The notes under the pieces were generated by a model. That model had not been told where the DNA came from, did not search any database, and saw nothing but the letters and a program-made list of their open reading frames with translations. From Eledone cirrhosa (lineage: Eukaryota), in assembly GCA_964016885.1 (NCBI GenBank), contig OZ024748.1, positions 23,064,001 through 23,128,000 on the forward strand: a stretch of DNA of 64,000 nucleotides. Direction: 5' to 3'. Below are positions 1 through 15,610 of this stretch, piece by piece; the stretch's first letter is position 1, and every line of letters begins with the position of its first letter. The translations under genes and the position numbers were made by a program.

Positions 1-95
1 AGAGCTCTCACTCCATAGGACTGTATCATAATGAAATTTAACAAAAGTTTAAAACATAGATACCTGATAACAATCACACACACACACGCACACGC

Positions 96-142
<47 letters not shown>

Positions 143-144
<2 letters not shown>

Positions 145-337
145 GGAACGAGTGGGACCCCGACGGCTGAGCTCAAGCCGTTTCGACGGCTAATTCTGGA
201 CGTCCAGAATTAGCCGTTGAAACGGCTTGAGATCAGCCGTCGGGGTCCCACTCGTTCCTATTACCCACTCTACTATCCTAGGTATTGAGTTCTTTGGTGC
301 GTTATGGTCCACCTGGTTCCTTACCACATTTCCTTCG

Positions 338-338
<1 letters not shown>
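143..338 (+). mobile_element. Family A fold-back element (PLE/retrozyme-like): 118-bp palindrome plus ~78-bp tail, between (TA)n tracts
   Basis: Arms 143-201 and 202-260 are reverse complements with 2 mismatches. The right arm reads GAAA-CGGC..GCCG-TC, the 3' half of a hammerhead. Homologous copies lie at 34440, 37478, 38155 and 38596. Confidence 0.75.
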
Positions 339-422
<84 letters not shown>

Positions 423-534
423 TTTTACCTTTTAAACAAGAGCTTTATTCATTATAGTACTCGATATTGTGATGGTAGAGAGTAAATATTTTAGAGGAAT
501 TTGCTGTCTAAACGGCAAGAGCTCAGCCGCTCAG

Positions 535-1178
535 CACCACTATTACCACCATCGCCACCGCTACCACTACCACCATCATCACAACCACTACCACTACCAC
601 CACCACCACGTTCACCACGTTCACCACTGCCACCACCATCACCACCACCACTGCCACGACCACCACTACGATCACCACCACCTTCACCACCTTCACCACT
701 GCCAACACCATCATCACCACCACTGCCACCTTCACCACCACCATCACCACCACCACCACCACCACCACTACGACCACCACCACCTTCCCCACCTTCACCA
801 CCACCACCATCACCACCACCACCACCACCACCACTACCACCACCACCACTACGACCACCACCACCTTCACCACCACCACCATCACCACCACCACCACTAC
901 TACCACCACCACCACCACCACCATCACCACCACCACTACTACCACCACCACCACCACCACCACCATCACCACCACCACCATCACCACCACCACCACTACT
1001 ACCACCACCACCACCACCACCACCACCATCACCACCACCACCACTACTACCACCACCACCACCACCATCACCACCACCACCACTACCACCACCACCACCA
1101 CCACCACCACCACCACCACCACCACCACCACCACCACCACCACCACCACCACCACTACAACCACCACCACCACCACCA
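535..1178. repeat. (CAC)n microsatellite, degenerate
   Basis: Direct reading; it generates the His/Pro/Val ORFs. Confidence 0.95.
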
Positions 1179-1249
1179 CTTCGGAAGTGCCATCAGCGAG
1201 TCAATAGTGATGGTTGGAGTTGCTGCAGTAGTTAGCCTGCTGTATCCAG

Positions 1250-1710
1250 TAGCAACAACAGCAACAACAGCAACACCAGCAGTAACAGCAACAACAGCAG
1301 CAGAAGCAGCAACAGCAGCAGAAACAGCAGCAATAGCAACAGAAACAATACCAACAACAGCAGCAACAACAGCAGCAACAACAGGGATATCAACGACAGC
1401 AATAGCAACAGAAACAACAACAGCAGCAGCAGCAGCAGCAGCAGCATTAGCAGCAACAGCAGCAACAACAGCAACATCAGCAGCGACAACAGCAGCACCA
1501 ACGGCGGCAGCAACAACACCAACAGCAGCAGTAGCAGCAAACTAGAGTTACAGAAGAGAGTGCAGAGCTAAAATGTAATGGTGCTGCTACTACTGATGCG
1601 GCTGTTACAGCTACTGGCACTGCTGCTGTTGCTGCAGTTGTTACTGCTGCAGTTGTTACTGCTGCTGTTTCTGCTGTTGTTGCTGCTGTTGCTGTTGTTA
1701 CTGCTGCTGT
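1250..1710. repeat. (CAG/CAA)n followed by (CTG/TTG)n trinucleotide repeats
   Basis: Direct reading. Confidence 0.85.
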
Positions 1711-1811
1711 AATGCAGGCCAACTTTAGCTCTGTGCACTTTTAAAGTGCAGCAGAACTAGCGTAGACATTACATAGAAGCATGTACTGCATTTCTCATGC
1801 TGTTGTTGACA

Positions 1812-4200
1812 GGTTGGTGGTGTTGGTGGTGGTGGTGGTGGTGTTGGTGGTGTTGGTGGTGGTGGTGGTGGTGTTGGTGGTGGTGGTGTTGGTGGTGTTG
1901 GTGGTGGTGGTGGTGTTGGTGGTGTTGGTGGTGGTGGTGTTGGTGGTGGTGTTGGTGGTTTTAGTGGTGGTGTTGGTGGTGGTGGTGGTGTTGGTGGTGT
2001 TGGTGTTGGTGGTGTGGTGGTGGTGTTGGTGGTGGTAGTGTTGGTGGTGGTGGTGGTGTGGTGGTGGTGGTGTTGGTGGTGTTGGTGGTGTTGGTGGTGG
2101 TGTTGGTGGTTTTAGTGGTGGTGTTGGTGGTGGTGGTGGTGTTGGTGGTGTTGGTGGTGGTGGTGTGGTGGTGGTGTTGGTGGTGGTAGTGTTGGTGGTG
2201 GTGGTGGTGTGGTGGTGTTGGTGGTGGTAGTGTTGGTGGTGGTGGTGGTGTGGTGGTGGTGTTGGTGGTGGTGGTGTTGGTGTTGGTGTTGGTGGTGGTG
2301 GTGTGGTGGTGTTGGTGGTGGTGGTGGTGTTGGCGGTGTTGGTGGTGGTGGTGGTGGTGTTGGTGGTGTTGGTGGTGGTGGTGGTGTTGGTGGTGTTGGT
2401 GGTGGTGGTGGTGTTGGTGGTTTTAGTGGTGGTGGTGGTGGTGTTGGTGGTGTTGGTGGTGGTGGTGTGGTGGTGGTGTTGGTGGTGGTAGTGTTGGTGG
2501 TGGTGTGGTGGTGGTGTTGGTGGTGGTGGTGTTGGTGTTGGTGTTGGTGGTGGTGGTGGTGGTGGTGTGGTGGTGTTGGTGGTGGTGGTGGTGTTGGTGG
2601 TTTTAGTGGTGGTGGTGGTGGTGTTGGTGGTGGTGGTGTTGGTGGTGTTGGTGGTGGTGGTGTGGTGGTGGTGGTGTTGGTGGTGGTGGTGGTGGTGGTG
2701 GTGGTGGTGGTGTTCGTGGTGGTGTTCGTGGTGGTGGTGTTCGTGGTGGTGGTGTGGTGGTGGTGTTGGTGGTGGTGGTGTTGGTGGTTTTAGTGGTGGT
2801 GGTGGTGGTGTTGGTGGTGGTGGTGTGGTGGTGGTGGTGGTGGTGTTGGTGGTGGTGTTGGTGGTGGTGTTGGTGGTGGTGGTGTTGGTGGTTTTAGTGG
2901 TGGTGGTGTTGGTGGTGGTGGTGTGGTGGTGGTGTTGGTGGTGGTGGTGGTGGTGGTGGTGGTGTTGGTGGTGGTGTTGGTGGTGGTGGTGTGGTGGTGG
3001 TGTTGGTGGTGGTGTTGGTGGTGTTGGTGGTGGTGGTGGTGTTGGTGGTGGTGTGGTGGTGGTGGTGTTGGTGGTGGTGGTGTGGTGGTGCTGGTGTTGG
3101 TGGTGGTGTGGTGGTGGTGGTGGTGGTGGTGGTTTTAGTGGTGGTGGTGGTGGTGTGGTGGTGGTGGTGGTGTTGGTGGTGGTGTGGTGGTGGTGGTATT
3201 GGTGGTGGTGGTGTGGTGGTGGTGTGGTGGTGTGGTGGTGTTGGTGGTGGTGGTGGTTTTAGTGGTGGTGGTGGTGGTGTGGTGGTGGTGGTGGTGGTGG
3301 TAGTTGTGGTGGTGGTGGTGTTGGTGTTGGTGGTGGTGGTGTTGGTGGTGTTGGTGGTGGTGGTGGTGGTGGTGGTGGTGGTGTTGGTGGTGGTGGTGTT
3401 GGTGGTGTTGGTGTTGGTGGATTGGTGGTGTTGTTGGTGGTGATGGTGTTGGTGGCGGTGGTGGTGGTGGTGTGGTATGGTGGTGGTGGTGATGGTGGTG
3501 GTGATGGTGTGTGGTTGTGGTGATGGTGTTATGGTGATGAGAACGGTGGTGGTGTTGGTGTGTGGTGATGTGGTGGTGGTGGTGGTGGTGGTGGTGTGGT
3601 GTAGGTGGTGGTGTTGGTGGTGGTGTGGTGTAGGTGGTGGTGGTGTTGTTCTATGATAGGTTGCAGCGCTGTTTTATTGATGTTGTTGTAGTTGTGATAA
3701 TGGTGCGGTGTAGTGTTGTGGTAATGTGGTGGTGTTGTTATATTGCTGCTGCTGTTGTTGTGATGATGAGGTGGCGATGGTTGCGGTAATGGTGGAGGTA
3801 GTGGTGGTGGTAATGGTAGTAGTGGTGGTGGTGGTGGAGGTAGTGGTGGTAATGGTATAAGTGGTAATGGTTAGGGGTGGTGGTGGTGGAGGTAGTTATG
3901 GCAGTGTGGTGATGGTGGAGGTAGTGGTGGTGGTGTGGTGGTAATGGTAGTGGTGGTGGTGGTGGAGGTAGTTATGGCGGTGTGTTGATGGTGGTGTGGT
4001 GATGATGGTGTGTTGATGGTGGGGTGATGGTGGTGGTGTGGTGGTAGTGGTGGTGTTGTGATGGTAGAGGTAGTGGTGGTGTTGTTATGTTGCTGCTGCT
4101 CTTGCTGTTGTGATGATGGTGGTGTAGTGGTTTGGGGGGGTGGTAGTGGGTTTGGTGTGGTGATGGTGGAGGTAGTGGTGGTGGTGTGGTGCTGGTGCTG
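1812..4200. repeat. (GGT)n/(GGTGTT) low-complexity tract
   Basis: Direct reading. Confidence 0.95.
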
Positions 4201-5640
4201 TTATGTCAGTTGTGGTGGCGATGTCATGGCGATGTTGTATTAGCAGTGGTAGCGGAGGTGGTGTGGTGATGGTGGTGTTGGTGGTGGTGGTGGTATTGGC
4301 GGTGGTGGTGTGGTGATGGTGGAGGTGGTAGTGGCGGTGGTGCTGCCAGTTGTGGTGGCGATGTTATATTAGCAGTGGTAGTGGCGGTGGTGCTGTCAGT
4401 TGTGGTGGCGATGTCATGGCGATGTTGTATTAACAGTGGTAGTGGTGGCGGTGGCGTGGTGAAGGTGGTGGTAGTGGCGGTGGTGCTGTCAGTTGTGGTG
4501 GCGATGTCATGGCGATGTTATATTAACAGTGGTAGTGGTGGTGGCGGTGTGGTGAAGGTGGTGGTAGTGGTGGTGGTGCTGCCAGTTGTGGTGGCGATGT
4601 TGTATTAACAGTGGTAGTGGTGGCGGTGGCGTGGTGAAGGTGGTGGTGGTGGTGGTGGTATTGGCGGTGGTGGTGTGGTGATGGTGGAGGCAGTGGCGCT
4701 GCTGCTGCTGTTATGTCAGTTGTGGTGGCGATGTTGTATTAACAGTGGTGGTGGTGGTGGTAGTGGCGGTGGTGCTGTCAGTTGTGGTGGCGATGTTATG
4801 TCGATGTTGTATTAGCAGTGGTAGTGGTGGCGGTGTGGTGATGGTGGTGGTGGTAGTGGCGGTGGTGCTGCCAGTTGTGGTGGCGATGTTGTATTAACAG
4901 TGGTAGTGGTGGTGGCGGTGTGGTGATGGTGGTGGTAGTGGTGGTGGTGCTGCCAGTTGTGGTGGCGATGTTGTATTAACAGTGGTAGTGGTGGCGGTGG
5001 CGTGGTGAAGGTGGTGGTGGTGGTGGTGGTATTGGCGGTGGTGGTGTGGTGATGGTGGAGGCAGTGGCGCTGCTGCTGCTGTTATGTCAGTTGTGGTGGC
5101 GATGTTGTATTAACAGTGGTGGTGGTGGTGGCGGTGTGGTGATGGTGGTGGTGGTAGTGGTGGTGGTGCTGCCAGTTGTGGTGGCGATGTTGTATTAACA
5201 GTGGTAGTGGTGGCGGTGGCGTGGTGAAGGTGGTGGTGGTGGTGGTGGTATTGGCGGTGGTGGTGTGGTGATGGTGGAGGCAGTGGCGCTGCTGCTGCTG
5301 TTATGTCAGTTGTGGTGGCGATGTTGTATTAACAGTGGTGGTGGTGGTGGTAGTGGCGGTGGTGCTGTCAGTTGTGGTGGCGATGTCATGGCGATGTTGT
5401 ATTAGCAGTGGTAGTGGTGGCGGTGGCGTGGTGAAGGTGGTGGTGGTGGTGGTGGTGCTGCCTGTTGTGGTGGCGATGTTGTATTAGCAGTGGTAGTGGT
5501 GGTGGTGGCGGTGTGGTGATGGTGGTGGTGGTAGTGGAGGTGGTGCTGTCAGTTGTGGTGGCGATGTCATGGCGATGTTGTATTAGCAGTGGTAGTGGTG
5601 GTGGCGGCGTGGTGGTGGTGGTGGTAGTGGTGGCGGTAGT
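4200..5640. repeat. GGT-rich minisatellite with recurrent core CAGTTGTGGTGGCGATGTTGTATTA(A/G)CAGTGG
   Basis: Core recurs at roughly 75-130 bp spacing. Confidence 0.85.
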
Positions 5641-5880
5641 CTTTATGTAATAGTATGTAGGCGTCGATTCATGGAAAGCTGGGAGAATACGTGATAGTAG
5701 TATTTGTTGTTGCTGCTGTTATTGTTGTTGTTATTTAGCCCTAGGTCTAACCCGATTGAATAGAATTATAACCAAAGCGTTCCATTCGAGGCCATCCCGT
5801 CCATTTTAAGGGTTATGTAAGATTACATTATGTAATACAGTGAAAATCGTCTATTGCGATCGCTTTGGTACGAAGGCTTC

Positions 5881-6368
5881 TCGATAACAATAACTGGCTG
5901 ATAACATTAAGCAAATAAAGTGTTTGTAGTCACACTAATTTTGATAACAATAACCGGCTGATAACATTAAGCAAATAAAGTGTTTGTAGTCACACTAATT
6001 TTGATAACAATAACCGGCTGATAACATTAAGCAAATAAAGTGTTTGCAGTCCTACTAATTTTGATAACAATAACCGGCTGATAACATTAAGCAAATAAAG
6101 TGTTTGTAGTCACACTAATTTTGATAACAATAACCGGCTGATAACATTAAGCAAATAAAGTGTTTGCAGTCCTACTAATTTTGATAACAATAACCGGCTG
6201 ATAACATTAAGCAAATAAAGTGTTTGTAGTCACACTAATTTTGATAACAATAACCGGCTGATAACATTAAGCAAATAAAGTGTTTGCAGTCCTACTAATT
6301 TTGATAACAATAACCGGCTGATAACATTAAGCAAATAAAGTGTTTGCAGTCACACTAATTTCGATAAT
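5881..6368. repeat. 60-bp tandem repeat, ~8 copies
   Basis: Unit TTGATAACAATAACCGGCTGATAACATTAAGCAAATAAAGTGTTTG(T/C)AGTC(AC/CT)ACTAATT aligns line to line; two variants alternate. Confidence 0.97.
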
Positions 6369-6481
6369 AATTGGTTTTTGTTATTGCTGTTTAACCCCAG
6401 GTCAGCATTGATTGAAAAACCTAAGATAACCATGACAATCCAATTGTATTTTCAGGTATAATGCATGATTAAGGACCCCCG

Positions 6482-6680
6482 TTCGGTAGAGCGTCGGACA
6501 CCTTGCTTTGCAGCATTGAGTTACTGCACTTTACGTTCTGAGTTCAAATCCCGCTGAGGTTAGTTTTGCCTTTCATCTTTACGGGGTCGGTACAAAAAAA
6601 TACCAGTAATATACTGGGGTCGTTTTAATCATCTGTCCCTTTCCTTCAAAATTGCCGGCCTTGTGCATAAATCAGAACCC
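6482..6680 (+). mobile_element. tRNA-derived SINE, family 1 (diverged)
   Basis: B-box GAGTTCAAATCC, core GCCTTTCATC..GGGGTCG..TACCAG and tail GGCCTTGTGC, shared with more than 10 copies in the window. Confidence 0.85.
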
Positions 6681-6769
6681 TTTATTTAAGGACTTTCTGT
6701 TAAAAACAGCTGAATGTGATTTGAGGGCGATTTTGCTGTTATTTCTATGAGGTCAAGATTTACTCGTTT

Positions 6770-7570
6770 TTGGTGTGATGTAGTGGTGGTGTGTAGTGGG
6801 TGGTGGTGGTGGTGTGTGGTGTAGTGGTGGTGTGTGGTGTAGTGGTGGTGTGTGGTGTAGTGGTAGTGTGTAGTGGGGGATGTTTGTGGTGGTATGTGGT
6901 GTAGTGGTGGTGTGTGGTGTAGTGGTGGTGTGTGGTGTAGTGGTGGTGTGTGGTGTAGTGGTGGTGTGTGGTGTAGTGGTGGTGTGTGGTGTAGTGGTAG
7001 TGTGTAGTGGGGGATGTTTGTGGTGGTATGTGGTGTAGTGGTGGTGTGTGGTGTAGTGGTGGTGTTTTGGTGTAGTGGCAGTGTGTAGTGGGGGATGTTT
7101 GTGGTGGTATGTGGTGTAGTGGTGGTGTGTGGTGTAGTGGTGGTGTGTAGTGGGTGGTGGTGGTGGTATGTGGTGTAGTGGTGGTGTGTGGTGTAGTGGT
7201 GGTGTGTAGTGGGTGGTGGTGGTGGTATGTGGTGTAGTGGTGGTGTGTGGTGTAGTGGTGGTGTGTGGTGTAGTGGTGGTGTGTGGTGTAGTGGTGGTGT
7301 GTGGTGTAGTGGTGGTGTGTGGTGTAGTGGTGGTGTGTGGTGTAGTGGTGGTGTGTGGTGTAGTGGTGGTGTGTGGTGTAGTGGTGGTGTTTGTGGTGGT
7401 ATGTAGTTTGGTGGTGGTATTGGTGTGGTGGTAGTGGTGGTAGTGGTGGTAGTGGTGGTAGTGGTAGTGGTGGTAGTGGTGGTAATGGTGGTAATGTTGG
7501 TGGTGGTAGTGGTAGTGGTGGTAGTGATGGCGGTGGTAGTAGTGGTAGTGGTAGCAGTAGTTGCGGCTAG
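6770..7570. repeat. 21-bp GTGGTGTAGTGGTGGTGT-type minisatellite and (GGT/AGT)n
   Basis: Direct reading. Confidence 0.85.
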
Positions 7571-7584
7571 GGTGGTGAGACACG

Positions 7585-10110
<2,526 letters not shown>

Positions 10111-10154
10111 TTTAAAGGAGAGGGTGGGAAGTGTTTGTGAAGGCAATGAGGTTA

Positions 10155-10193
10155 GTGGTGGTGCTGGTGATGTTGATGGTGTTGGTAGTGTTG

Positions 10194-10225
<32 letters not shown>

Positions 10226-10373
10226 GGTGATGGTGGTGATGGTGGTGGTGATGTTGGTGGTTGTGGTGTTTGTGGTGTTGGTGGTGTTGTTGTTTGTGGT
10301 GATGGTGGTGTTGGTGGTAGTGGTGGTGGTGTTGGTGGTGATGGTGGTGGTGATGTTGGTGGTGTTGGTAGTG

Positions 10374-10405
<32 letters not shown>

Positions 10406-11580
10406 GTTGGTGGTGATGGTGGTGATGGTGGTGGTGGTGGTGATGGTGGTGATGGTGGTGATGGTGGTGATGGTGGTGGTGATGTTGGTGGTTGTGGTGT
10501 TTGTGGTGTTGGTGGTGTTGTTGTTTGTGGTGATGGTGGTGTTGGTGGTAGTGGTGGTGGTGTTGGTGGTGTTGGTGGTGATGGTGGTGATGGTGGTGGT
10601 GATGTTGGTGGTGTTGGTAGTGTTGTTGTTGTTGTTGTTGTTGGTGGTGGTGGTGTTGGTGGTGATGGTGGTGATGGTGGTGGTGGTGGTGATGGTGGTG
10701 ATGGTGGTGATGGTGGTGATGGTGGTGGTGATGTTGGTGGTTGTGGTGTTTGTGGTGATGGTGGTGTTGGTGTTGATGGTGGTGGTGATGTTGGTGGTGT
10801 TGTTGTTGGTGGTGGTGTTGGTGTTGGTGGTGTTGGTGGTGATGGTGTTGTTGGTGGTGTTGGTGGTGTTGGTGGTGATGGTGGTGGTGATGTTGGTGGT
10901 TGTGGTGTTTGTGGTGATGGTGGTGTTGGTAGTAGTGGTGGTGGTGTTGGTGGTGTTGGTGGTGTTGGTGGTGATGGTGGTGGTGATGTTGGTGGTGTTG
11001 GTAGTGTTGTTGTTTGTGGTGATGGTGGTGTTGGTGGTGTTGGTGGTTGTGTTGTTTGTGGTGGTGGTGGTGGTGTTGGTGGTGATTGTGGTGATGGTGG
11101 TGCTGGTGGTGTTGGTGGTGGTTGTGTTTGTGGTGATGGTGGTGTTGGTGGTGTTGGTGGTGGTTGTGTTTGTTGTGTTGGTGATGGTGGTGTTGTTGAT
11201 GGTGGTGTTGGTTGTGGCGTTGGTGATGGTGGTGATGGTGGTGTTGGTGATGGTGTTAGTGGTGATGGTGGTGTTGGTGGTGTTGGTGATGGTGGTGTTG
11301 TTGGTGGTGGTGTTGGTGGTGATGTTGGTGTTGGTTGTGGTGTTTGTGATGGTGGTGTTGTTGGTGAAGGTGGTGTTGGTGATGGTGGTGTTGGTGAAGG
11401 TGGTGTTGGTGGTGATGGAGCTGTTGGTGATGGTGTTAGTCGTGATGGTGGTGTTGGTGGTGTTGGTGATGGTGGTGTTGTTGGTGGTGGTGTTGGTGGT
11501 GATGGTGGTGTTGGTGATGGTGGTGTTTGTGATGGCGTTGGTGGTAGTGTTAGTGATGGTGGTGGTGGTGGTGTTGGTGG
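10155..11580. repeat. (GGT/GAT/GTT)n degenerate trinucleotide tract
   Basis: Direct reading; source of the Gly- and Val-rich ORFs. Confidence 0.9.
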
Positions 11581-12482
11581 TCGTAGAAGTGGCAGTGTTG
11601 AGTTAAGGGAGCCATTACTGTATGTTATTATATGGAAGGGAGTCCTGCGGTGGGAGTATGTGATAATATAGTGCTGTGAAGCTGGTACATTGATATCTCA
11701 ATTAAACCGTCGTTGACAGAAAAGTTGATGTAACTTGAGGCAGATGAGAATCCTATAACATTTAAGGTTGTCTAATCACTGCTTATTTAAGGGCTGCCAT
11801 TGGCTAGAATCTACCTTGGTATCTTATTCCAGGTCATTTGAACTGAAATTGGACATGTTCAATATTGTAGCCAGTGACAATAGTCTCCCCCCCTCCTCTC
11901 CTCCCCCATCTTCTTCTTCTTCTTCTTCTTCTTCTTCTTCTTCTTCTTCTCCTTCTCCTCCTGCTCCTCCTCTTCTTCTTCTTCTTCTTCTTCTTCTCAC
12001 CTCCCCCTCCTCCTTCTCCTCCACCCACTTCTTCCAATAACCTGTATAACGACTGGGGAACTGTTTCAATCTGAAGAGCCATTTTAATGTAAATAATAAC
12101 AATAACAATGGTGCTACTGCGATGATGATGACGATGGCGATGGTGATGACGATGGCGATGGTGATTTCTTTTATTTCCCTCAAGGGGCACCGAATGAGGA
12201 ATATATTACCATGATAGGTGACATAAACTTTAAGGGTTTACATAAAACATCGTTTGAGGAAATAAAAGAGAAGACTAAAAAGAAGAGTTATTCGTAGTAT
12301 ACAAGATGTTGGTAAAGAGAGTCCACTTGATAGAGGGAGACTTTCAAACAGAAGAGAGAAGAGGTTCAATGAACCCCACAAACTAACGGTCACCTCGATC
12401 AACAAGGGAAGGTGCCTTCTTTCCTCAGTATCGGTAGAGGGTCGGACGCCATGCATTGCTGTCTTTCTCATTATTATTTGCC

Positions 12483-12672
12483 CGCTGTGGATTGGCAGTA
12501 TCGGTAGAGGGTCGGACGCCATGCTTTGTAGCAAAGAGTTACGGCCCTTTATGGTCTGAGTTCAAATCCCGCCGAGGTTAACTTTGCCTTTCATCCTTAC
12601 GGGGGTCGACAAAATAAGGTACCAGTAATGTACTGGGGTAATTGCTGGCCTTGTGCCAAAAGTAGAAACAAT
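12483..12672 (+). mobile_element. SINE family 1
   Basis: Head GTGGATTGGCAGTATCGGTAGAGGGTCGGAC, B-box GAGTTCAAATCCC, tail GGCCTTGTGCCAAAAGTAGAAACAAT. Confidence 0.92.
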
Positions 12673-12680
12673 TAATAATA

Positions 12681-12879
12681 ATTGTTGCTACTTTAGGCAC
12701 AAGGCCAGCAATTTGAAGGGGAAGGGAATTCGATTAAATCGACCCCTGTACGTTACTGGTGCTTTATTTATCGACCCCGTAAGGATGAAAGGCAAAGCTA
12801 ACCTCGGTGGGTTTTGAACTCAGAACGTAAGGGGCCGTACCTCAATGCCGAAAAGCATATTGTCCGACGCTCTACCGCT
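12681..12879 (-). mobile_element. SINE family 1, tail-to-tail with the previous copy
   Basis: Reverse complement of the same consensus. Confidence 0.9.
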
Positions 12880-13789
12880 TATTAATAATAAGGATAATTG
12901 ACCCTATCGGAGCCACATAATTTATTATAAATGAAAATAATTAATGAAACAATCGTGAATTTAGGAAACTTTTAGTTTTAGAATTTTAACTGAAATCGTT
13001 TCAATTTCCTCAGTCATAAGTTGTGCCTTTTAATTAAATAAAACATCAGTTCCAAAGATCTGTTTAAGTTGGGCTAAAGAGTCACATGGGTGCCGGATCT
13101 GCAAGTTCCCGAAAAATTGTTGTTGTAGGCTTGAAAACTGGGAGAGAGAGCAGGTTAAATAACTGTTGTTAGTAATATTTCATATTTCATGGGATTGCTT
13201 GGAAGAATTGTAATATTGGGAGTTTGTTGGGTGAGAGGGGAAAGAGGGGGGGGGGGGGATAAATGTAGAGGTGGTAGATGGGTGTAGGGTAGATGGGTAG
13301 AGGGGTGGTGCGTAAGGTAGAGGGTAAGGAGTGGGGTGTAGGGTAGATGGGTGAAGGGATGAGGTAGAAGGACCGACAGATGGAGGGAGGTTATAGTTGA
13401 TTATCTCCCCTGAAGTCGATACATTAAGTAGGTAAGCAAGACATGTAAGAGAGTTATTGTAGGAATATAATCGATATTTCTCTTCTGAAGTCAATTGATT
13501 GGTGGTTTAGGGCCCTACTGGTTGCTGCTTCTAGCAACCTAGGAAGGAATATCTCAAGTAGATCCCAGACGCCATCTTCTTGTCTGATGTATTTACCATT
13601 GTACAACTTCTTGTCTTCTAGATGGCGCCACCTTTATCTCCCCCTCTTTACCCCCTCTCTCTCCCTCTCTATCCTCCTCTTTATCTCCCCCCTCTCCCCC
13701 TTCTTCATATTTCTTTTATTTATTCATTCACTCTTTTTTTCATTAGTTCTATCTTTTTTCTTTTGTTTCCTTTTTCCATTCCTTTCCGT

Positions 13790-13812
13790 CTTTTTTTTCT
13801 TTCTTTCTTTCT

Positions 13813-13861
<49 letters not shown>

Positions 13862-13891
13862 TTTCTTTCTTCCCTCCTTTCTTTCTTTCTT

Positions 13892-13954
<63 letters not shown>

Positions 13955-13960
13955 ATCCTT
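13790..13960. repeat. (TTTC)n microsatellite
   Basis: Direct reading. Confidence 0.95.
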
Positions 13961-13989
13961 TTTTCATCGTGTGTGTATATGTTTATGTG

Positions 13990-14111
13990 TAGTTAGTGGT
14001 TAGGGAAGTTCAGCTGACAATCGTAAGGTAGTGAGTTCGATTCCCAGCAATACGTTGTGTCCTTGAGTAAGACACTTTATTTTACGTTGTTACAGTCCCT
14101 CCACTGCAAAA

Positions 14112-14154
<43 letters not shown>

Positions 14155-14222
14155 AGCAGTTGTACATGTAATATAAATGACCAGCCTTGTCCCACTCCTG
14201 TCCAGAACAGACGGCGGTCCAA
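13990..14222 (+). mobile_element. tRNA-derived SINE, family 2 (diverged)
   Basis: A-box-like TAGTGGTTAG, B-box GAGTTCGATTCCC, then GTTGTGTCCTTGAGTAAGACACTT; related copies at 31440, 52800 and 60350. Confidence 0.7.
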
Positions 14223-14614
14223 CACCATATATATATATATATGAACAGTGACTGCTATCGTTAGTAGCGGCCTACTGCTACACTTCACACCGGTTTCAGG
14301 CACCGAACGGAAACCTGTTGATAACATGGGTCCTCGGTTGGGTCTTCAAATAACAACTTGTTGATTTGGGATTCATAGAAACCTATCGGAGGCATTGCAT
14401 AATACGGTCCAGGTTTGTTATCTAACCTGATTGTATATTCGTTGCTTTGGTGTATTATGTGGCTAGGCCCCCTTGCCACAGTTTTCAATTTGTCACGCTA
14501 TCTAACGTATGTTAATTACTCTAAGGTGATACACCCTTATCGAGTGCTTTGCGCAAACCTAATTGTATCTCGTTAGCTTGGCCACCGCCAAAACTTTGAT
14601 TTTACTAACCTTCC

Positions 14615-14692
<78 letters not shown>

Positions 14693-14694
<2 letters not shown>

Positions 14695-14820
14695 GGCATG
14701 CCTGCTTGGAACAGCAAGAACCCTCCGATACGTCCTGAATATCTGAGGCTGCAGGTAGTGGCTTGATATTCATTCCAACGGACTTTCCAGTTAACCAACA
14801 TCAATGACTGAGATTCAAGG
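14693..14820 (+). mobile_element. R4/Dong-clade non-LTR retrotransposon, extreme 3' end
   Basis: Translates KACLLGTARTLRYVLNI*, resembling the typical R4/Dong C-terminal motif; (TAA)n on both sides, the known Dong target. Confidence 0.75.
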
Positions 14821-14845
14821 AATAACAATAATAATAATAATAATG

Positions 14846-15408
14846 TTTTCTTTATTAACCACAAGGGTTTACATAAAGTAGACATTAAGGACAGTACAGG
14901 ACAATACAGGACGGTACAAATGGGCATTTCTGCGTGTAAAAAAAACAGAGGTTGAAATAAAATAACAAAGAAAAATTCCCCAATAGGGGGGAGACTTCCG
15001 AGGGACATTTGTGGAGAAAGCCCATTAAAAGACCACAGTGGCCCTGACCACCAGGGCAAGTGCCCTCTCCCAGTTTTCCACCTTTAATTTACAGACACAT
15101 ACTCAGAGTAGGCCCATTCACTCGGGCCATTCTTGCGTCTCTCACCCATCTTTCAACAAAATGCTGGGAAGAGAGCACTTCCCTCTCTACCCTGACTTTC
15201 CTTTTCAAATGAAATTTGAAAAAGTTAATCAGGGCATCACCGAAGAGGTAAGTGCTCGTCTTCAGCCCTTTTAAACGTGTCCACCATACTATCTCTTTCG
15301 CCATGGCCACCAGACAGATAAAAACTGCCTGCCCTTCCCGGCTAAAGGAAGGGGGCGGGGCAATCCTCACGATGGACTCAGCTGATAGCTGGATCCGTCC
15401 TACACGTA
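14846..15408 (-). mobile_element. Tx1/L1-clade LINE, 5'-truncated 3' end
   Basis: ORF 15089-15408 (LVAMAKEIVWWTR...LKRKVRVERE...FVERW) resembles the Tx1 ORF2 C-terminus; the 3' UTR ends in AATAAAGAAA; flanked by (TAA)n. Confidence 0.75.
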
Positions 15409-15425
15409 ATAATAATAATAATAAT

Positions 15426-15610
15426 AATTGTTTCTGCTTTAGGCACAAGGCCAGCAATTACCCAGTGCATTACTGGTACCTTATTTTATCGACCCCGTAA
15501 GGATGAAAGGCAGAGTCAACCTCGGCGGGATTTTAACTCAGATTGTAAAGGGACGTAACTATGCTGGAAAGCATGGCGTCCGACCCTCTACCGATACTGC
15601 CAATCCACCA
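15426..15610 (-). mobile_element. SINE family 1
   Basis: Reverse complement of the consensus. Confidence 0.92.

Noticed and set aside
469-1545. 358-aa His-rich ORF as a histidine-rich structural protein
   Set aside because: It is a (CAC)n repeat open in several frames on both strands, with no signal peptide, and its 5' end overlaps a decayed family A remnant.
12483-12580. SINE heads as tRNA genes
   Set aside because: A/B boxes are present but there is no cloverleaf, and they continue into the shared SINE body.
13612-13632. CTAGATGGCGCC as a CTCF site
   Set aside because: Only a partial motif match; it cannot be supported without ChIP or conservation data.
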